From NCBI GenBank assembly GCA_963677925.2, contig CAXXYH010000003.1, positions 384,001-448,000 of the forward strand: a stretch of DNA of 64,000 nucleotides. The letters run 5' to 3'. A model generated the notes under the pieces. It saw only the letters and a list, made by a program, of their open reading frames with translations. It was not told the DNA's origin and ran no database searches. The translations under genes were made by a program, and so were the position numbers. The DNA comes from Spirochaetia bacterium (lineage in GTDB: Bacteria; Spirochaetota; Spirochaetia; UBA9216). Shown one piece after another: positions 30,376 to 40,478 of the stretch (the stretch's first letter is position 1; each line of letters starts with the position of its first letter).

Positions 30376-31539
30376 TCAAGCTCCATCCCAGCTTATTAAG
30401 TGGCGTTCCTTCTGCGGAACAGGAAATCTCAGTATAAATACAGTTCCTTCTCCAACTTTTGATTTAAGCTGAATCTCTCCGTCATGTTCCTTTATTATCT
30501 TGTAAACAAGAGTCAGCCCCAATCCTGAACCGAAATCTTTCGTAGTAAAGTAGGGTTCAAAGATTTTATTAAGATTTTCTTCGGGAATACCTTCTCCATC
30601 ATCCTTTACCTGTAGTACTACTGAATCTTCCTGACGGGCTGTTGAAAGATTCAGATGCCCTCCATTTTCCATGGCGTTTTTAGCATTTTTTACGATGTTA
30701 AGAATTGCCTGTTTAATAAGCTTTTCATCTATCTGCAGCAGAGGAATATCCTCTTCAAAATCAGTTTCAATTTCTATGTTTGATTCATCAAGTTCAGGTT
30801 TTACAAAATTTAAAATATCTGTAAGTATTTCATTAAGGCATTCATCTTTGAGATTCACATCCATAGGCCGGACAGCAAATAAAAAATCGACGACGATACT
30901 GTTAAGCCTTTCAACCTCTTCACTCAAGACGTTGAGATTCCGGTTGAAAAATTCAGGATCAGGCACTGAATCCCTGGCAAGTGCTTTCTGCATAAGCTGG
31001 ATATGGATTCCTATTGCACCAAGGGGATTTTTAATTTCATGTGCAACACCGGCGGTAAAGGTTGTCAGTGAGGCCAGACTTTCAGCACGTCTTAAACGGG
31101 CTTCATTAACTTTTCTCTGAGTAATATCCTTTAGATAAATAAGGTTTCCTGAAATTTCACCTCTTAATAAAAGAGGAAGAATGCTGCAGGTGATGATCCT
31201 CGGGCCGCCGGCCGCATCAAAGGCAAATTCGCGATCATGAACAGTTTCCTGCTTCGCCTCACTCTCCGATACAAGTTTTCTTATTTCCGGGTCAAGAATC
31301 ACATCATTGTAGTGATTATCAATAAGCTCACCGCGCGAAAGCGGTATTATTCTTCGGGAAGCCCTGTTCGCAAAGGAAATTATTCCTTCCTTGTTTACAA
31401 CAATAACTCCGGCAGTCATGGACTGCATGGCGCTTTCGAGTATTTCGTTTTCTGCAGCCAGTTCTTTTACAAGCTTTTCAATCTGCTTTTTATCCAGTTT
31501 CTCAAACATGCTGAGAGCACGCGACAGAAATTTCCTCAT
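30376..31539 (-). CDS. Cytoplasmic PAS sensor histidine kinase (Hk2-like)
   Basis: AHEIKNPL H-box, N box, DDGEG, FEPYFTTK, GSGLGL; no TM. Confidence 0.93.
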   Translation of the reverse strand: MRKFLSRALSMFEKLDKKQIEKLVKELAAENEILESAMQSMTAGVIVVNKEGIISFANRASRRIIPLSRGELIDNHYNDVILDPEIRKLVSESEAKQETVHDREFAFDAAGGPRIITCSILPLLLRGEISGNLIYLKDITQRKVNEARLRRAESLASLTTFTAGVAHEIKNPLGAIGIHIQLMQKALARDSVPDPEFFNRNLNVLSEEVERLNSIVVDFLFAVRPMDVNLKDECLNEILTDILNFVKPELDESNIEIETDFEEDIPLLQIDEKLIKQAILNIVKNAKNAMENGGHLNLSTARQEDSVVLQVKDDGEGIPEENLNKIFEPYFTTKDFGSGLGLTLVYKIIKEHDGEIQLKSKVGEGTVFILRFPVPQKERHLISWDGA

Positions 31540-31551
31540 AAAATCACCCCG

Positions 31552-32736
31552 TCAAACCGCAGTAAGTTCTTTCAAATCATAAAACATAGCTTCAAGAACA
31601 AGCTGTGTCGACTGATTGAAGGAATCACGTCTGGCGGCAGATTCTTTTATAATCCGGTTCACAGCAGCTGCCCGGACGGCAGTTATACTTCCCTGCCTGA
31701 GAAGAGTGCCTGTAAGCATTGAGAGCTCTTCCATGAAAAGGTTGAAGAGTCTTCTCTGTTTGAATACTTCTTTCAGACTGTTCGAACTGTTAAATTCATG
31801 ATATCCGGATTCAGAACTGATAAGGCTGCCGAATTCAGCAGCGGCGGTTCTGATAAGTCCCATATCCGCCTTGCGTCCGATAAAATATTCACGTATTGAT
31901 TTATATTCCGGATTTTCCTCCCTGAATATACGCTTTATAACTTCAGCGGATGATTCCTCATTCCTTGGTACAAAATCATAAACTCTTACTCTGGAAAGAA
32001 TAGTCGGGATAATTGCCCCTTTTCTTACTGTTGTAAGGATAAAAAAGCAGTCGGACGGGGGTTCTTCAAGAAGTTTCAGAAGCGAGTTTCTGGAGGCTTC
32101 ACCCATAGCATCGGCATTTTCGATAATTACAACCTTCTTTGAATCAGATGAAGTTCTGGCCCAGCTGTTGATTCGGCGTATCATGTCAATTGGAATGTTG
32201 TCCGAAGCAAAAGAATCCGCTATTTTTGCCGCCTCATTTATGATCTTATCAATCTTTTTAGAAAGGGCTTCGATATTATCTATTGTACCCTCAACAGGTA
32301 TCTCACGAAGCATCTCTTCGCAGGAAGAGGCATTTGATGACACCTGCTTGAATTTACTTTCATTGCCTTCCCAAAGAACGGGATCAAAACGCCGGGTAAG
32401 TTTTCTTACTGAACGGATAAACATATACCTGGCAAAGGTATTCTGATTCTGTTTTAGGATATCCCCGCAGGCGGATATTTCATCAGAGAAGTATCTGCTG
32501 CCCAGTATCTGCGTATATGGATGGATGAGAAGCCTGTGACTTTCACAGCTGTGACAGCTGCAGCTCCATGAGGCATCCCGTTCACAGGTAAGTACTCTTC
32601 CAAGTTCAAGTGCCGTGGAAAGTTTACCTGAGTAATCGTCACCGCTGAAAAGGATGGCGCCTGGAAGTGAAGCTGTCGTGACTGCCCTTGAGAGGTTTTC
32701 TACTATTCTTTGCTGGCCGATAATATTTTCAAACAT
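31552..32736 (-). CDS. DNA polymerase III delta-prime-like subunit
   Basis: FENIIGQ, degenerate Walker A, CSCHSC Zn site, NSLLKLLEEPP, PTILSR. Confidence 0.82.
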   Translation of the reverse strand: MFENIIGQQRIVENLSRAVTTASLPGAILFSGDDYSGKLSTALELGRVLTCERDASWSCSCHSCESHRLLIHPYTQILGSRYFSDEISACGDILKQNQNTFARYMFIRSVRKLTRRFDPVLWEGNESKFKQVSSNASSCEEMLREIPVEGTIDNIEALSKKIDKIINEAAKIADSFASDNIPIDMIRRINSWARTSSDSKKVVIIENADAMGEASRNSLLKLLEEPPSDCFFILTTVRKGAIIPTILSRVRVYDFVPRNEESSAEVIKRIFREENPEYKSIREYFIGRKADMGLIRTAAAEFGSLISSESGYHEFNSSNSLKEVFKQRRLFNLFMEELSMLTGTLLRQGSITAVRAAAVNRIIKESAARRDSFNQSTQLVLEAMFYDLKELTAV

Positions 32737-32742
32737 AGACAG

Positions 32743-33243
32743 CTAAGCTTTTATTGTCTCCTCGATGGCGGAACTTCCGTCATCAATAAACTGCTGAAAA
32801 CTGTTGTAATACCAGCTTTCCGCCTTTACTTTCTCCACATTGAAAAGCGGCTGAATATTTATGATAAAAAGCATGATCACCACAAGGGCAAAACCTTCTG
32901 CAAGCCCGAAAAAAAGGCCGAGTGATTTATCGAGTTTATCCAGATTAATTTTATTAACAAGTGCATTAAGACCGTTTTCAAAGATCTTGGTAAGAATATA
33001 GGCAACAAGAAAAATCAGCAAAAATGCTATTACCTGATTCCAGTTTGTATGTCCGAATTTCTGACTGATAAACTCTCCTAGGGTACCGGAAAGCAGTGCA
33101 CCAAGAATTATTCCCAGACCGACTGCAGCAAGACTCATGAACTCAGTTACAAATCCCCGGACTATGGCTTTGATAGTCATAAACAGAATGACTATTGTAA
33201 AAAAGATATCTATAGGTAATACGTGAAAACTTCCTATATCCAT
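32743..33243 (-). CDS. cvpA: CvpA family membrane protein
   Basis: RGFVTE and LDKSLGLFFG motifs, four TM segments. Confidence 0.88.
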   Translation of the reverse strand: MDIGSFHVLPIDIFFTIVILFMTIKAIVRGFVTEFMSLAAVGLGIILGALLSGTLGEFISQKFGHTNWNQVIAFLLIFLVAYILTKIFENGLNALVNKINLDKLDKSLGLFFGLAEGFALVVIMLFIINIQPLFNVEKVKAESWYYNSFQQFIDDGSSAIEETIKA

Positions 33244-34313
33244 TATTCAATCCTTTCTAATATTTTTTTCGCTATTAACACAGCAGGGTCTCCCGCTGAC
33301 ATTGCTCCAGATTTTTCAGACATAACATTTCGCCTTGAATCATTACTCATGATATTTTCTATAAGTTTTAGCAGTTCCCCGGCCTGTACTTCACCCGACA
33401 GGACCTCAGCTGCTCCTGCCTCACTGAATATCTCAGCATTAAGGATCTGATCACCGCGGCTTCCGGCTGTTCCAAGCGGTATCAGAATCATAGGCTTTGA
33501 GAGAGCTGAAAATTCCCAGAGCGCAGAAGCTCCCGCCCTGCTGATTACCAGATCCGCCGCTGCTATTATATCAGGAAGTTCATCTTTTATAAATTCCTTT
33601 GTTATATAGTTTTCCGTTTCGGAAGCCTTATATGTCAGACTTCCCATCTGATGAACTACTGTATATTTTTCTGCAAGCCTGCCTGCAATCTCCTGTATCA
33701 GAAGATTTATCTGCAAGGCGCCCTGGCTGCCTCCGAGAATCAGAATAATCGGCCGCTCCCCTGCTTGGGCCCAGCTCCGGCCTTTGACAGCGTCTGCCTT
33801 TCTTATAGAGCTTCTTACGGGGTTTCCTGCAGTTTCAGTATTTAAACCTGACAGATATTTTGCAGTTACCGGGTAGGCTGTAAGGATTTTCTCTGAAAAT
33901 CTGCTGTTTATCCTTGTGGCAAGACCGGGTGTGACATCGGATTCATGTGAAATAACCGGTATTTTGAGAAAACCGCCGGCGATAACCGGAGGAACACTTA
34001 CAAAACCGCCTTTTGAAAATATCAGCCCGGGTTTAAGCTTTTTGAGGATGCTGACAGATTTAAAAAAACCTGCGGTGATTCTGAAAAGATCGCTGATATT
34101 TTTCAGCGAGAAATACCTGCGGAGCTTTCCTGATGGTACTCCGATAAACCGTACACCGGCCTCTTCAACCAGAGCCTTTTCCATCCCCCCGGAGGACCCC
34201 ATCCATATAACTTCAATTCCGGGGTCTTCCTCCTGAAGCTTCTCAATTACAGCCAAGCCTGGATAAACATGCCCCGCTGTACCTCCGCCGGTGAAAACAA
34301 TAAGCCTGCTCAT
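33243..34313 (-). CDS. murG: Lipid I N-acetylglucosamine transferase
   Basis: GGGTAGHVYP, KGGFVS, HESD, GNPVR, GGSQGA, SRAGA. Confidence 0.98.
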   Translation of the reverse strand: MSRLIVFTGGGTAGHVYPGLAVIEKLQEEDPGIEVIWMGSSGGMEKALVEEAGVRFIGVPSGKLRRYFSLKNISDLFRITAGFFKSVSILKKLKPGLIFSKGGFVSVPPVIAGGFLKIPVISHESDVTPGLATRINSRFSEKILTAYPVTAKYLSGLNTETAGNPVRSSIRKADAVKGRSWAQAGERPIILILGGSQGALQINLLIQEIAGRLAEKYTVVHQMGSLTYKASETENYITKEFIKDELPDIIAAADLVISRAGASALWEFSALSKPMILIPLGTAGSRGDQILNAEIFSEAGAAEVLSGEVQAGELLKLIENIMSNDSRRNVMSEKSGAMSAGDPAVLIAKKILERIE

Positions 34314-34362
34314 AAAAAAGAGAATACATGGAATAAAACGATTAATAAAGTAGATTTAAGAT

Positions 34363-35007
34363 CTAAAAGTAATCTGAGAGCTCCATTGCATCTGTCACCA
34401 TTATATCGGGTGAGCTCTGCTTAAGCTGTTCAGAATCCCTAAAGCCCCAGCATACAGCAGCAGATTTTAATCCGGCATTTTTTGCTGTCTGGATGTCAAC
34501 CTCGCTGTCTCCAATAAATAGAGTGTTCTCAATGCTTGAATTCATTTGATTCACCGCTATAAGGGCAGCCTGAGGATCAGGCTTTCCGGCTATATCAGAC
34601 CTTGTGCCCTGGATATATTTGAATTTCCAGCCGGATAAAAGTTTTCCTGTGATTTTCTGAACCAGCTCATCCTCTTTATTTGATAAAATTGACATAGGTA
34701 CACCGAGATCTGCCAGAGCATCAAGAAGCCGGGGTATTCCATTATAGACTGAAGTTCTGTTTATGCAATTATCCCGGTAGTAAGCCATAAGCTGTTTATA
34801 TACCCTGTCCTGTAAATCCGTATCATCAGAACCCAGAGCCTCCCTGACCAGAGACTTTAAGCCGTGACCTACCATTTTTCTGTATTCGGTTTCGGTATAA
34901 GGGGATAATCCGTTTTTTTCCAGAGCAAAATTAACCGAATCTGATATATCTCCCAGTGTATTAAGTAATGTTCCGTCAAGATCAAAAATTACTGCTTTAA
35001 ACTTCAT
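34363..35007 (-). CDS. HAD-family phosphatase (Gph-like)
   Basis: FDLDGTL, SNK, KPDP, IGDS.VD. Confidence 0.9.
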   Translation of the reverse strand: MKFKAVIFDLDGTLLNTLGDISDSVNFALEKNGLSPYTETEYRKMVGHGLKSLVREALGSDDTDLQDRVYKQLMAYYRDNCINRTSVYNGIPRLLDALADLGVPMSILSNKEDELVQKITGKLLSGWKFKYIQGTRSDIAGKPDPQAALIAVNQMNSSIENTLFIGDSEVDIQTAKNAGLKSAAVCWGFRDSEQLKQSSPDIMVTDAMELSDYF

Positions 35008-35171
35008 ATAATGAACCTAAAACAAAACTTATATACAGGTCAATGAAGCTTGAATTATTTAGTGTATAAAACAGTACAAAAGACTCATATTTCCAATTCA
35101 TGGTTTTAGTAATTTTTTTTCAAATTTTTATTTGAATTTTATCTTATTTTTACACTAAACTTTTATAAGTT

Positions 35172-36317
35172 GTGATTAAAAATATCCGACGCCTTATTAT
35201 AAGTATATTTGTATTTTCCATACCCTTACTAATGACTGCCGCGGAGCCGTCAGCGACTCTGCGAATAGCTTTTCTAACATCAACATCCGAAAATAATACA
35301 TACTGGCCTCAGGTCTACAGAATTCTGGAAACAGCAGCAGAAGATCTGGGTGTTGAAATACTTAAATATGAATTTAATGTCGATGATCGTTTTGCAATAT
35401 TAAAAGACGGAGTTGATGCCTTATCAGCTGAACCTCATGTTGATGCTGCCGTAATAGGCTCTACATTCGGCCAAAGCCAAATACTTCTGGATACAGCGGA
35501 AGCACTTGAAATTCCTGTACTTATTCAGGGGCCGCTGCCTCCTGATGAGCTTTCAGGAATCGGATCAATTCCACGGAGAAAATATAAATACTGGATAGGC
35601 TATTTTTATCAGGATGAGCAGAGGAAAGCCTATCTGCTTACTAAATATCTAATCAGGCAATCTCTTATCAAGGGTCTCAACTCACCCGACGGCTCAGTCA
35701 AAATAATCGGGATCAATGGAGACAACAGCTGGTATGGCTCAGAACTTAGAGAAAAGGGACTTCTACAGGCTGTATCAGAATCTCCCAGCGCCCGCCTTTA
35801 TCAGACAGTACCTACTTTCTGGAGCAGGTCTGACGGTCGGGAAAAGACTTATACCCTCCTGCAGAGGTACCGTGATGTGAATGCAGTATGGGCGGCAAGC
35901 GATCAGCTTGCGATTGGAGCGTCGGATGCGATCTATACATATCAGACTTTACATGACCGGGAACTGCTTACAGGAGGCTGCGACTTATCTTCTGAGGGCC
36001 TGAAGCACATACGTTACGGAAATATCTCATGCACTTTCGGCAGCAGTATGCTCTACTGGGCGGAAATTCTTGTTTATCTTCATGATTATCTTAAAGGTAT
36101 GGATTTTCTATCGGATCCGGGGACAATAATCATTCCGGAAATCATCGGTGCCGATTTTAAAAATTATGACGATATAAACCGCTTATATACCGATTATGCT
36201 GCAATCGATTTTAAAACTTTCTCCAAAATTTTTTATCCTGAGAAAACTAATTATGATTTCTCATTAGGTAATTATTTTAAACTGCTGAACATCACCGGGG
36301 AGCCATATAAAAATTGA
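35172..36317 (+). CDS. Periplasmic sugar-binding-fold protein
   Basis: Signal peptide; RbsB/LacI-type motifs (LREKG, WSR, VWAASDQLAIGA, GGCD). Confidence 0.75.
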   Translation: MIKNIRRLIISIFVFSIPLLMTAAEPSATLRIAFLTSTSENNTYWPQVYRILETAAEDLGVEILKYEFNVDDRFAILKDGVDALSAEPHVDAAVIGSTFGQSQILLDTAEALEIPVLIQGPLPPDELSGIGSIPRRKYKYWIGYFYQDEQRKAYLLTKYLIRQSLIKGLNSPDGSVKIIGINGDNSWYGSELREKGLLQAVSESPSARLYQTVPTFWSRSDGREKTYTLLQRYRDVNAVWAASDQLAIGASDAIYTYQTLHDRELLTGGCDLSSEGLKHIRYGNISCTFGSSMLYWAEILVYLHDYLKGMDFLSDPGTIIIPEIIGADFKNYDDINRLYTDYAAIDFKTFSKIFYPEKTNYDFSLGNYFKLLNITGEPYKN

Positions 36318-37654
36318 AAAAAGTAAACAGAAAGTTCAAATTCAGAGGTTTAACAGGTAAAACTACACTCATCATTATTTTCTGCAGTCTGCTGTTTTCA
36401 GTTATTTTCACAGCAATACAGGTCAATCTTGATTACAGAAGAGATTTAAAAAAAATTAAAAATCTGTTTACAATAGTTGAAAACAGCTATCTCCCGACCA
36501 TTAATTACAGTCTTTTCTACCTGGATAACCGGCAGGTCTCGCTTATGCTTGATGGAATAACAAGTATTCCGGAATTCAATTTCCTGGAGATCTCTGAAAT
36601 GAATGGAAATGAATCATTCATCCGCTACTATTCAGGAACCATGCCCAGGTCTGATTATCTGGTAAGAGAGTGGCGCCTGTCTTTTGTTTTTATGGGTGAA
36701 GAGAGAGAACTCGGAATCATGAAGCTGTATGCCTCACTTGAACCAATACAGTCAATCCGGGTACAGAGATTTCTTACAAGTCTCGGCCTGAATCTTATCA
36801 GATCTCTAATACTCGGTGCTCTGATATTTCTCATAATAGACAGACAGGTTTTCAGACATCTCCGATATATTACCTCATTTATCAGTAATATTGAGCTGGA
36901 CAGCCCGCCGGGGAAAATGCTTGTTTTAAATCGGGATAAGAATATAAAAACCGGAAATGATGAACTTGATGATATTACAGCGATATTAAATGAAATGTAT
37001 TCCAGAATATCTTCATCATATTCAATCATAACTAAAGCTCTTGATGACAAAGAGACGCTGTTAAGAGAACTGCATCACCGTACAAAAAACAACATGCAGA
37101 TAATACACTCGATGCTGGCTCTGCAGGCTCAGAGACTGGAAAATAACCCGGATATTCAGGAAATTCTAAAAGAAACTGAAAGCCGTATATCTGCCATGTC
37201 TATGGTTCATACAATGCTTTATCGTTCAAACAACCTTTCCGAAGTAAATCTGAAGTATTACTGCGGAGAATTACTTGAAAAACTGGTTTCAAGCTACAAT
37301 CCGGAGAACAAGAGGATTAGCTACAAAACTGATATAGATGAAATAAATATGAAAATTGATGAATCAATTCAGCTTGGACTTGTAATTGTTGAACTTGTAA
37401 CAAACTCTATAAAACATGCTTTTAGCAATGTTAAAAATCCTGAAATACGATTTTCACTCAGTAAAACCTCCGATACTGCAGTACTCATCACCTATTCAGA
37501 TAACGGTCCGGGATTAAGCATTCCTCCGGCCGAAGCCGGCGGCGTTTCACTTGGTTTAAGACTTCTTGATTCTATTGTAACAAGACAGCTTAACGGCAGC
37601 ATTAATTTTCCGGATGGCGACGGCTTCCACTGTATTATTGAGATTCCGATATAA
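36314..37654 (+). CDS. Membrane sensor histidine kinase, HisKA_2 type
   Basis: Two TMs, HAMP-like DELD, ELHHRTKNNMQ, ELVTNSIKHAF, DNGPG, SLGLRL. Confidence 0.9.
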   Translation: MKKVNRKFKFRGLTGKTTLIIIFCSLLFSVIFTAIQVNLDYRRDLKKIKNLFTIVENSYLPTINYSLFYLDNRQVSLMLDGITSIPEFNFLEISEMNGNESFIRYYSGTMPRSDYLVREWRLSFVFMGEERELGIMKLYASLEPIQSIRVQRFLTSLGLNLIRSLILGALIFLIIDRQVFRHLRYITSFISNIELDSPPGKMLVLNRDKNIKTGNDELDDITAILNEMYSRISSSYSIITKALDDKETLLRELHHRTKNNMQIIHSMLALQAQRLENNPDIQEILKETESRISAMSMVHTMLYRSNNLSEVNLKYYCGELLEKLVSSYNPENKRISYKTDIDEINMKIDESIQLGLVIVELVTNSIKHAFSNVKNPEIRFSLSKTSDTAVLITYSDNGPGLSIPPAEAGGVSLGLRLLDSIVTRQLNGSINFPDGDGFHCIIEIPI

Positions 37655-37711
37655 TGTTTTTCTGCTCAGAGTTTTCTTGATATTGATTATTGCAGATCTT
37701 ATATTAAGCAT

Positions 37712-38902
37712 ATGTTGAAATTGAAAACCATATACGATCATATAATAATCGGCTCAGGAATAGCCGGCACCAGAGCAGCTGAAACAATCAGAACCTTAAA
37801 CAGCGATGCAGATATACTGATGATTTCATCGGAAGCAGGTCATCCTTACAAACGCACAAATATTGATAAACATATCGCGGAGGGATTCAGTGAAACAGAT
37901 TTTCTGCTTCATCCGGAGGAATGGTATTCCGAAAACCGCATAGAATATATCTCAGAAGTTTCTGTCGATTCCATTCAGATTCCGGATAAAAAAGTGATTC
38001 TCAACGGTGATAAAATCATCAGCTTCGGAACCCTTCTGCTTGCCACAGGAGCGAATCCTGTAATTCCAGATTTTATAAAAACAGGCAGTGTTCCCACGTA
38101 CTATATCAGAACAAAGACAGAAACATTAAACTTCATGAGAGAACTCAACAATGCCGAATCGGTCACGATAATCGGAGGAGGCGTTCAGAGTGCCGAAATT
38201 GCAGAGCAGTGCATTCTAAAAGGAAAAGAGGTTAATCTTATCTGCCGGAACAGCCGTCTGTTAAGAAAATATTTCCCTGCAGATTACAGCAGTGAAATAG
38301 AAAATCTTCTTATGGAGAAGGGAGTTAACTTATACCTGTCTATAGATGCTTATAATATTTCCTGGAGCGCTGAATCAGGATATAAAATCGGATTTGGAGA
38401 TAAGCAGCTGCACTCTGACATGCTTGTTACATCCTGCGGAATTGAAGCTGAGGTACGGCTTGCAAAAACTGCCGGAATAAAAACAGACAAAGGCATTGTT
38501 GTTGATGAACACTGTGAAACCAGTGTTCCGGGGATATTTGCAGCCGGAGATTGTGCGCAGTACGGCTCACAGAATCCTGCAGGGCTATGGCATTCTGCAG
38601 AATATATGGGGATAACCGCAGGAAATAATATGTGCGGAAAGAAGGAATCAATAGGCAGTAAAACTTTCAGGCTGAAATGCGAGCTGTTCGGAAGTTTCTT
38701 CTTCAGTCAGAATTATTCTGCCGCAGGCAGCTTGAATTCCGAGTCCTTCAGCGGCCCTTCAATTCAGCAGCGATGGTTTTTTAAAGAATCAGCTGCAGCC
38801 GGAGTAATTATGACCAATGATAAACCAAGGGCCAAGACTTATGAAAGAGCAGTTAACGATGGCTGGAATATTTACAGAATAAAACAGGAGCTGCCTGTAT
38901 AG
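37712..38902 (+). CDS. FAD/NAD(P)-dependent oxidoreductase (rubredoxin/ferredoxin reductase-like)
   Basis: IIGSGIAG, LLLATGA, IIGGG, TSVPGIFAAGD. Confidence 0.88.
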   Translation: MLKLKTIYDHIIIGSGIAGTRAAETIRTLNSDADILMISSEAGHPYKRTNIDKHIAEGFSETDFLLHPEEWYSENRIEYISEVSVDSIQIPDKKVILNGDKIISFGTLLLATGANPVIPDFIKTGSVPTYYIRTKTETLNFMRELNNAESVTIIGGGVQSAEIAEQCILKGKEVNLICRNSRLLRKYFPADYSSEIENLLMEKGVNLYLSIDAYNISWSAESGYKIGFGDKQLHSDMLVTSCGIEAEVRLAKTAGIKTDKGIVVDEHCETSVPGIFAAGDCAQYGSQNPAGLWHSAEYMGITAGNNMCGKKESIGSKTFRLKCELFGSFFFSQNYSAAGSLNSESFSGPSIQQRWFFKESAAAGVIMTNDKPRAKTYERAVNDGWNIYRIKQELPV

Positions 38903-38929
38903 CGATATTTCTTACATAAGCGTTCTCTT

Positions 38930-39003
38930 TTTGCAATTTTTTTGCATTTTTAAGTTCCATATTTGCATTTTTCTTTGACAGATCAATTTTTCGGGTTTAT
39001 CCT
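38930..39003 (+). promoter_or_regulatory. PTS operon promoter with phased TTTGCAWTTTT direct repeats
   Basis: Repeats at 38930, 38941, 38962; TTGACA(38975)-17 bp-TATCCT. Confidence 0.65.
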
Positions 39004-39034
39004 GAACTAAATTATGATTAGAAAAGGAGAAAAT

Positions 39035-40432
39035 ATGGAACTTGGTGCATTACAATCAGTGGTCGATTTTTTTCTCGGCCTCGGAGCATCTGTCCTCCTC
39101 CCGATCATCCTGTTTATACTTTCGATTATATTCGGGGCGAAACCGGGGAAAGCAATAAGATCATCACTGATGTTCGGTGTTGGTTTTATTGGTCTGAATC
39201 TCATTATCGGGTTACTGTCCAGCAATATCGGACCTGTTTCCCAGTCAATGGTAGAGCGTTTCGGTCTGCAGCTTGATATTATTGATGTCGGCTGGCCTGC
39301 CTGTGCGTCTATCGCATTCGGTTCAAAAATTTCCACCCTTATAATTCCTGCAGGAATACTTTTGAACCTTCTGCTCCTTTTTACCCGGGTAACAAAAACC
39401 ATCAACATTGATATCTGGAACTTCTGGCATTTTGCCTTCGTCGGCGGACTTGTACAGTGGGCAACCGGAAATATCTGGTACGGACTTATTTCAGCTCTTA
39501 TTGTTGCAGCCGCTCTGCTGTTTTTTGCGGACTGGACCGCACCTGCTATTCAGCAGACTATGGGTCTTCCGGGAATATCTATTCCTCATGCATTTTCAGC
39601 TGCGCCCGTTCCATTCGCAATCATTATAAACAAAATTATTGATGTGATCCCCGGTATAAAGGATATAAAGGGTGATCCTGACACCGTAAAAAAGAAATTC
39701 GGGCTTATGGGCGAACCTCTCATTATGGGTGTCGTGATTGGTCTCATTCTCTCAGCAGTAGCCTACCTCGGAGTAGGTCCATGGACTGACTGGCTTGGAA
39801 AGATGCTTTCAACCGCTATCTCTCTTGGTGCTGTTATGGTTCTTATGCCTCGAATGGTTTCACTTCTGATGGAAGGTTTAATACCGCTCTCTGATGCAGC
39901 AAGAGATTTTCTTCAGAAAAAAGCCGGTGACAGGGAAATTTATATCGGTCTTGATTCCGCTATCATCGTTGGACATCCAACCGCAATAGCTACCGGACTG
40001 CTGATGGTTCCGATCACTTTGATTCTGGCAATTATACTTCCGGGAAACAAGGTTATTCCTTTCGGCGACCTTGCAGTTATCCCGTTTCTTGTTGCAATGG
40101 TAATTCCTATTGTTAAGGCTAACGTATTCCGATCTGTAGTTGTTTCTACAATTTTTATGATTCCTTCAATATACATAATGAATTATCTTGCTGAAGGTAC
40201 AACAGCCGCTGCAATAGCTGCAGATTTCACCCTTCCTGAAGGTGCAAATCTTATTACATCGATATGTGACGGCGGAAACTGGATTTCAGCACTCTTTCTT
40301 GCTGCATCAAAATATTTCTGGGTCGGCAATATCCTAATAGTAGCTGTAATTGTAGTGCTCTGGGTAATCCTTAAAAAGAAACCTGAAGCCATGCATAAGA
40401 TTGCAGGATACGACGCAGAAAAAACAGAATAA
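39035..40432 (+). CDS. PTS galactitol-family EIIC
   Basis: IDVGWP, INIDIWNFWH, GISIPH, LMEGLIP, IGLDSA, LPGN.VIPFGDL; AAGGAG RBS before ATG 39035. Confidence 0.93.
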   Translation: MELGALQSVVDFFLGLGASVLLPIILFILSIIFGAKPGKAIRSSLMFGVGFIGLNLIIGLLSSNIGPVSQSMVERFGLQLDIIDVGWPACASIAFGSKISTLIIPAGILLNLLLLFTRVTKTINIDIWNFWHFAFVGGLVQWATGNIWYGLISALIVAAALLFFADWTAPAIQQTMGLPGISIPHAFSAAPVPFAIIINKIIDVIPGIKDIKGDPDTVKKKFGLMGEPLIMGVVIGLILSAVAYLGVGPWTDWLGKMLSTAISLGAVMVLMPRMVSLLMEGLIPLSDAARDFLQKKAGDREIYIGLDSAIIVGHPTAIATGLLMVPITLILAIILPGNKVIPFGDLAVIPFLVAMVIPIVKANVFRSVVVSTIFMIPSIYIMNYLAEGTTAAAIAADFTLPEGANLITSICDGGNWISALFLAASKYFWVGNILIVAVIVVLWVILKKKPEAMHKIAGYDAEKTE

Positions 40433-40440
40433 AAAAATCT

Positions 40441-40462
40441 CCCGCCCTTCGGGGCGGGTTTC
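40441..40462. terminator. Intra-operon cUUCGg hairpin
   Basis: CCCGCCC-TTCG-GGGCGGG-TTT, preceded by an A7 run. Confidence 0.6.
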
Positions 40463-40478
40463 CAACTGAGGGGTAAAC

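Noticed and set aside
35000-35200. Switch from mostly minus to mostly plus genes as a replication origin/terminus or island boundary
   Set aside because: No DnaA-box cluster, dif-like site, att repeat or mobility gene recognised; skew cannot be computed by eye
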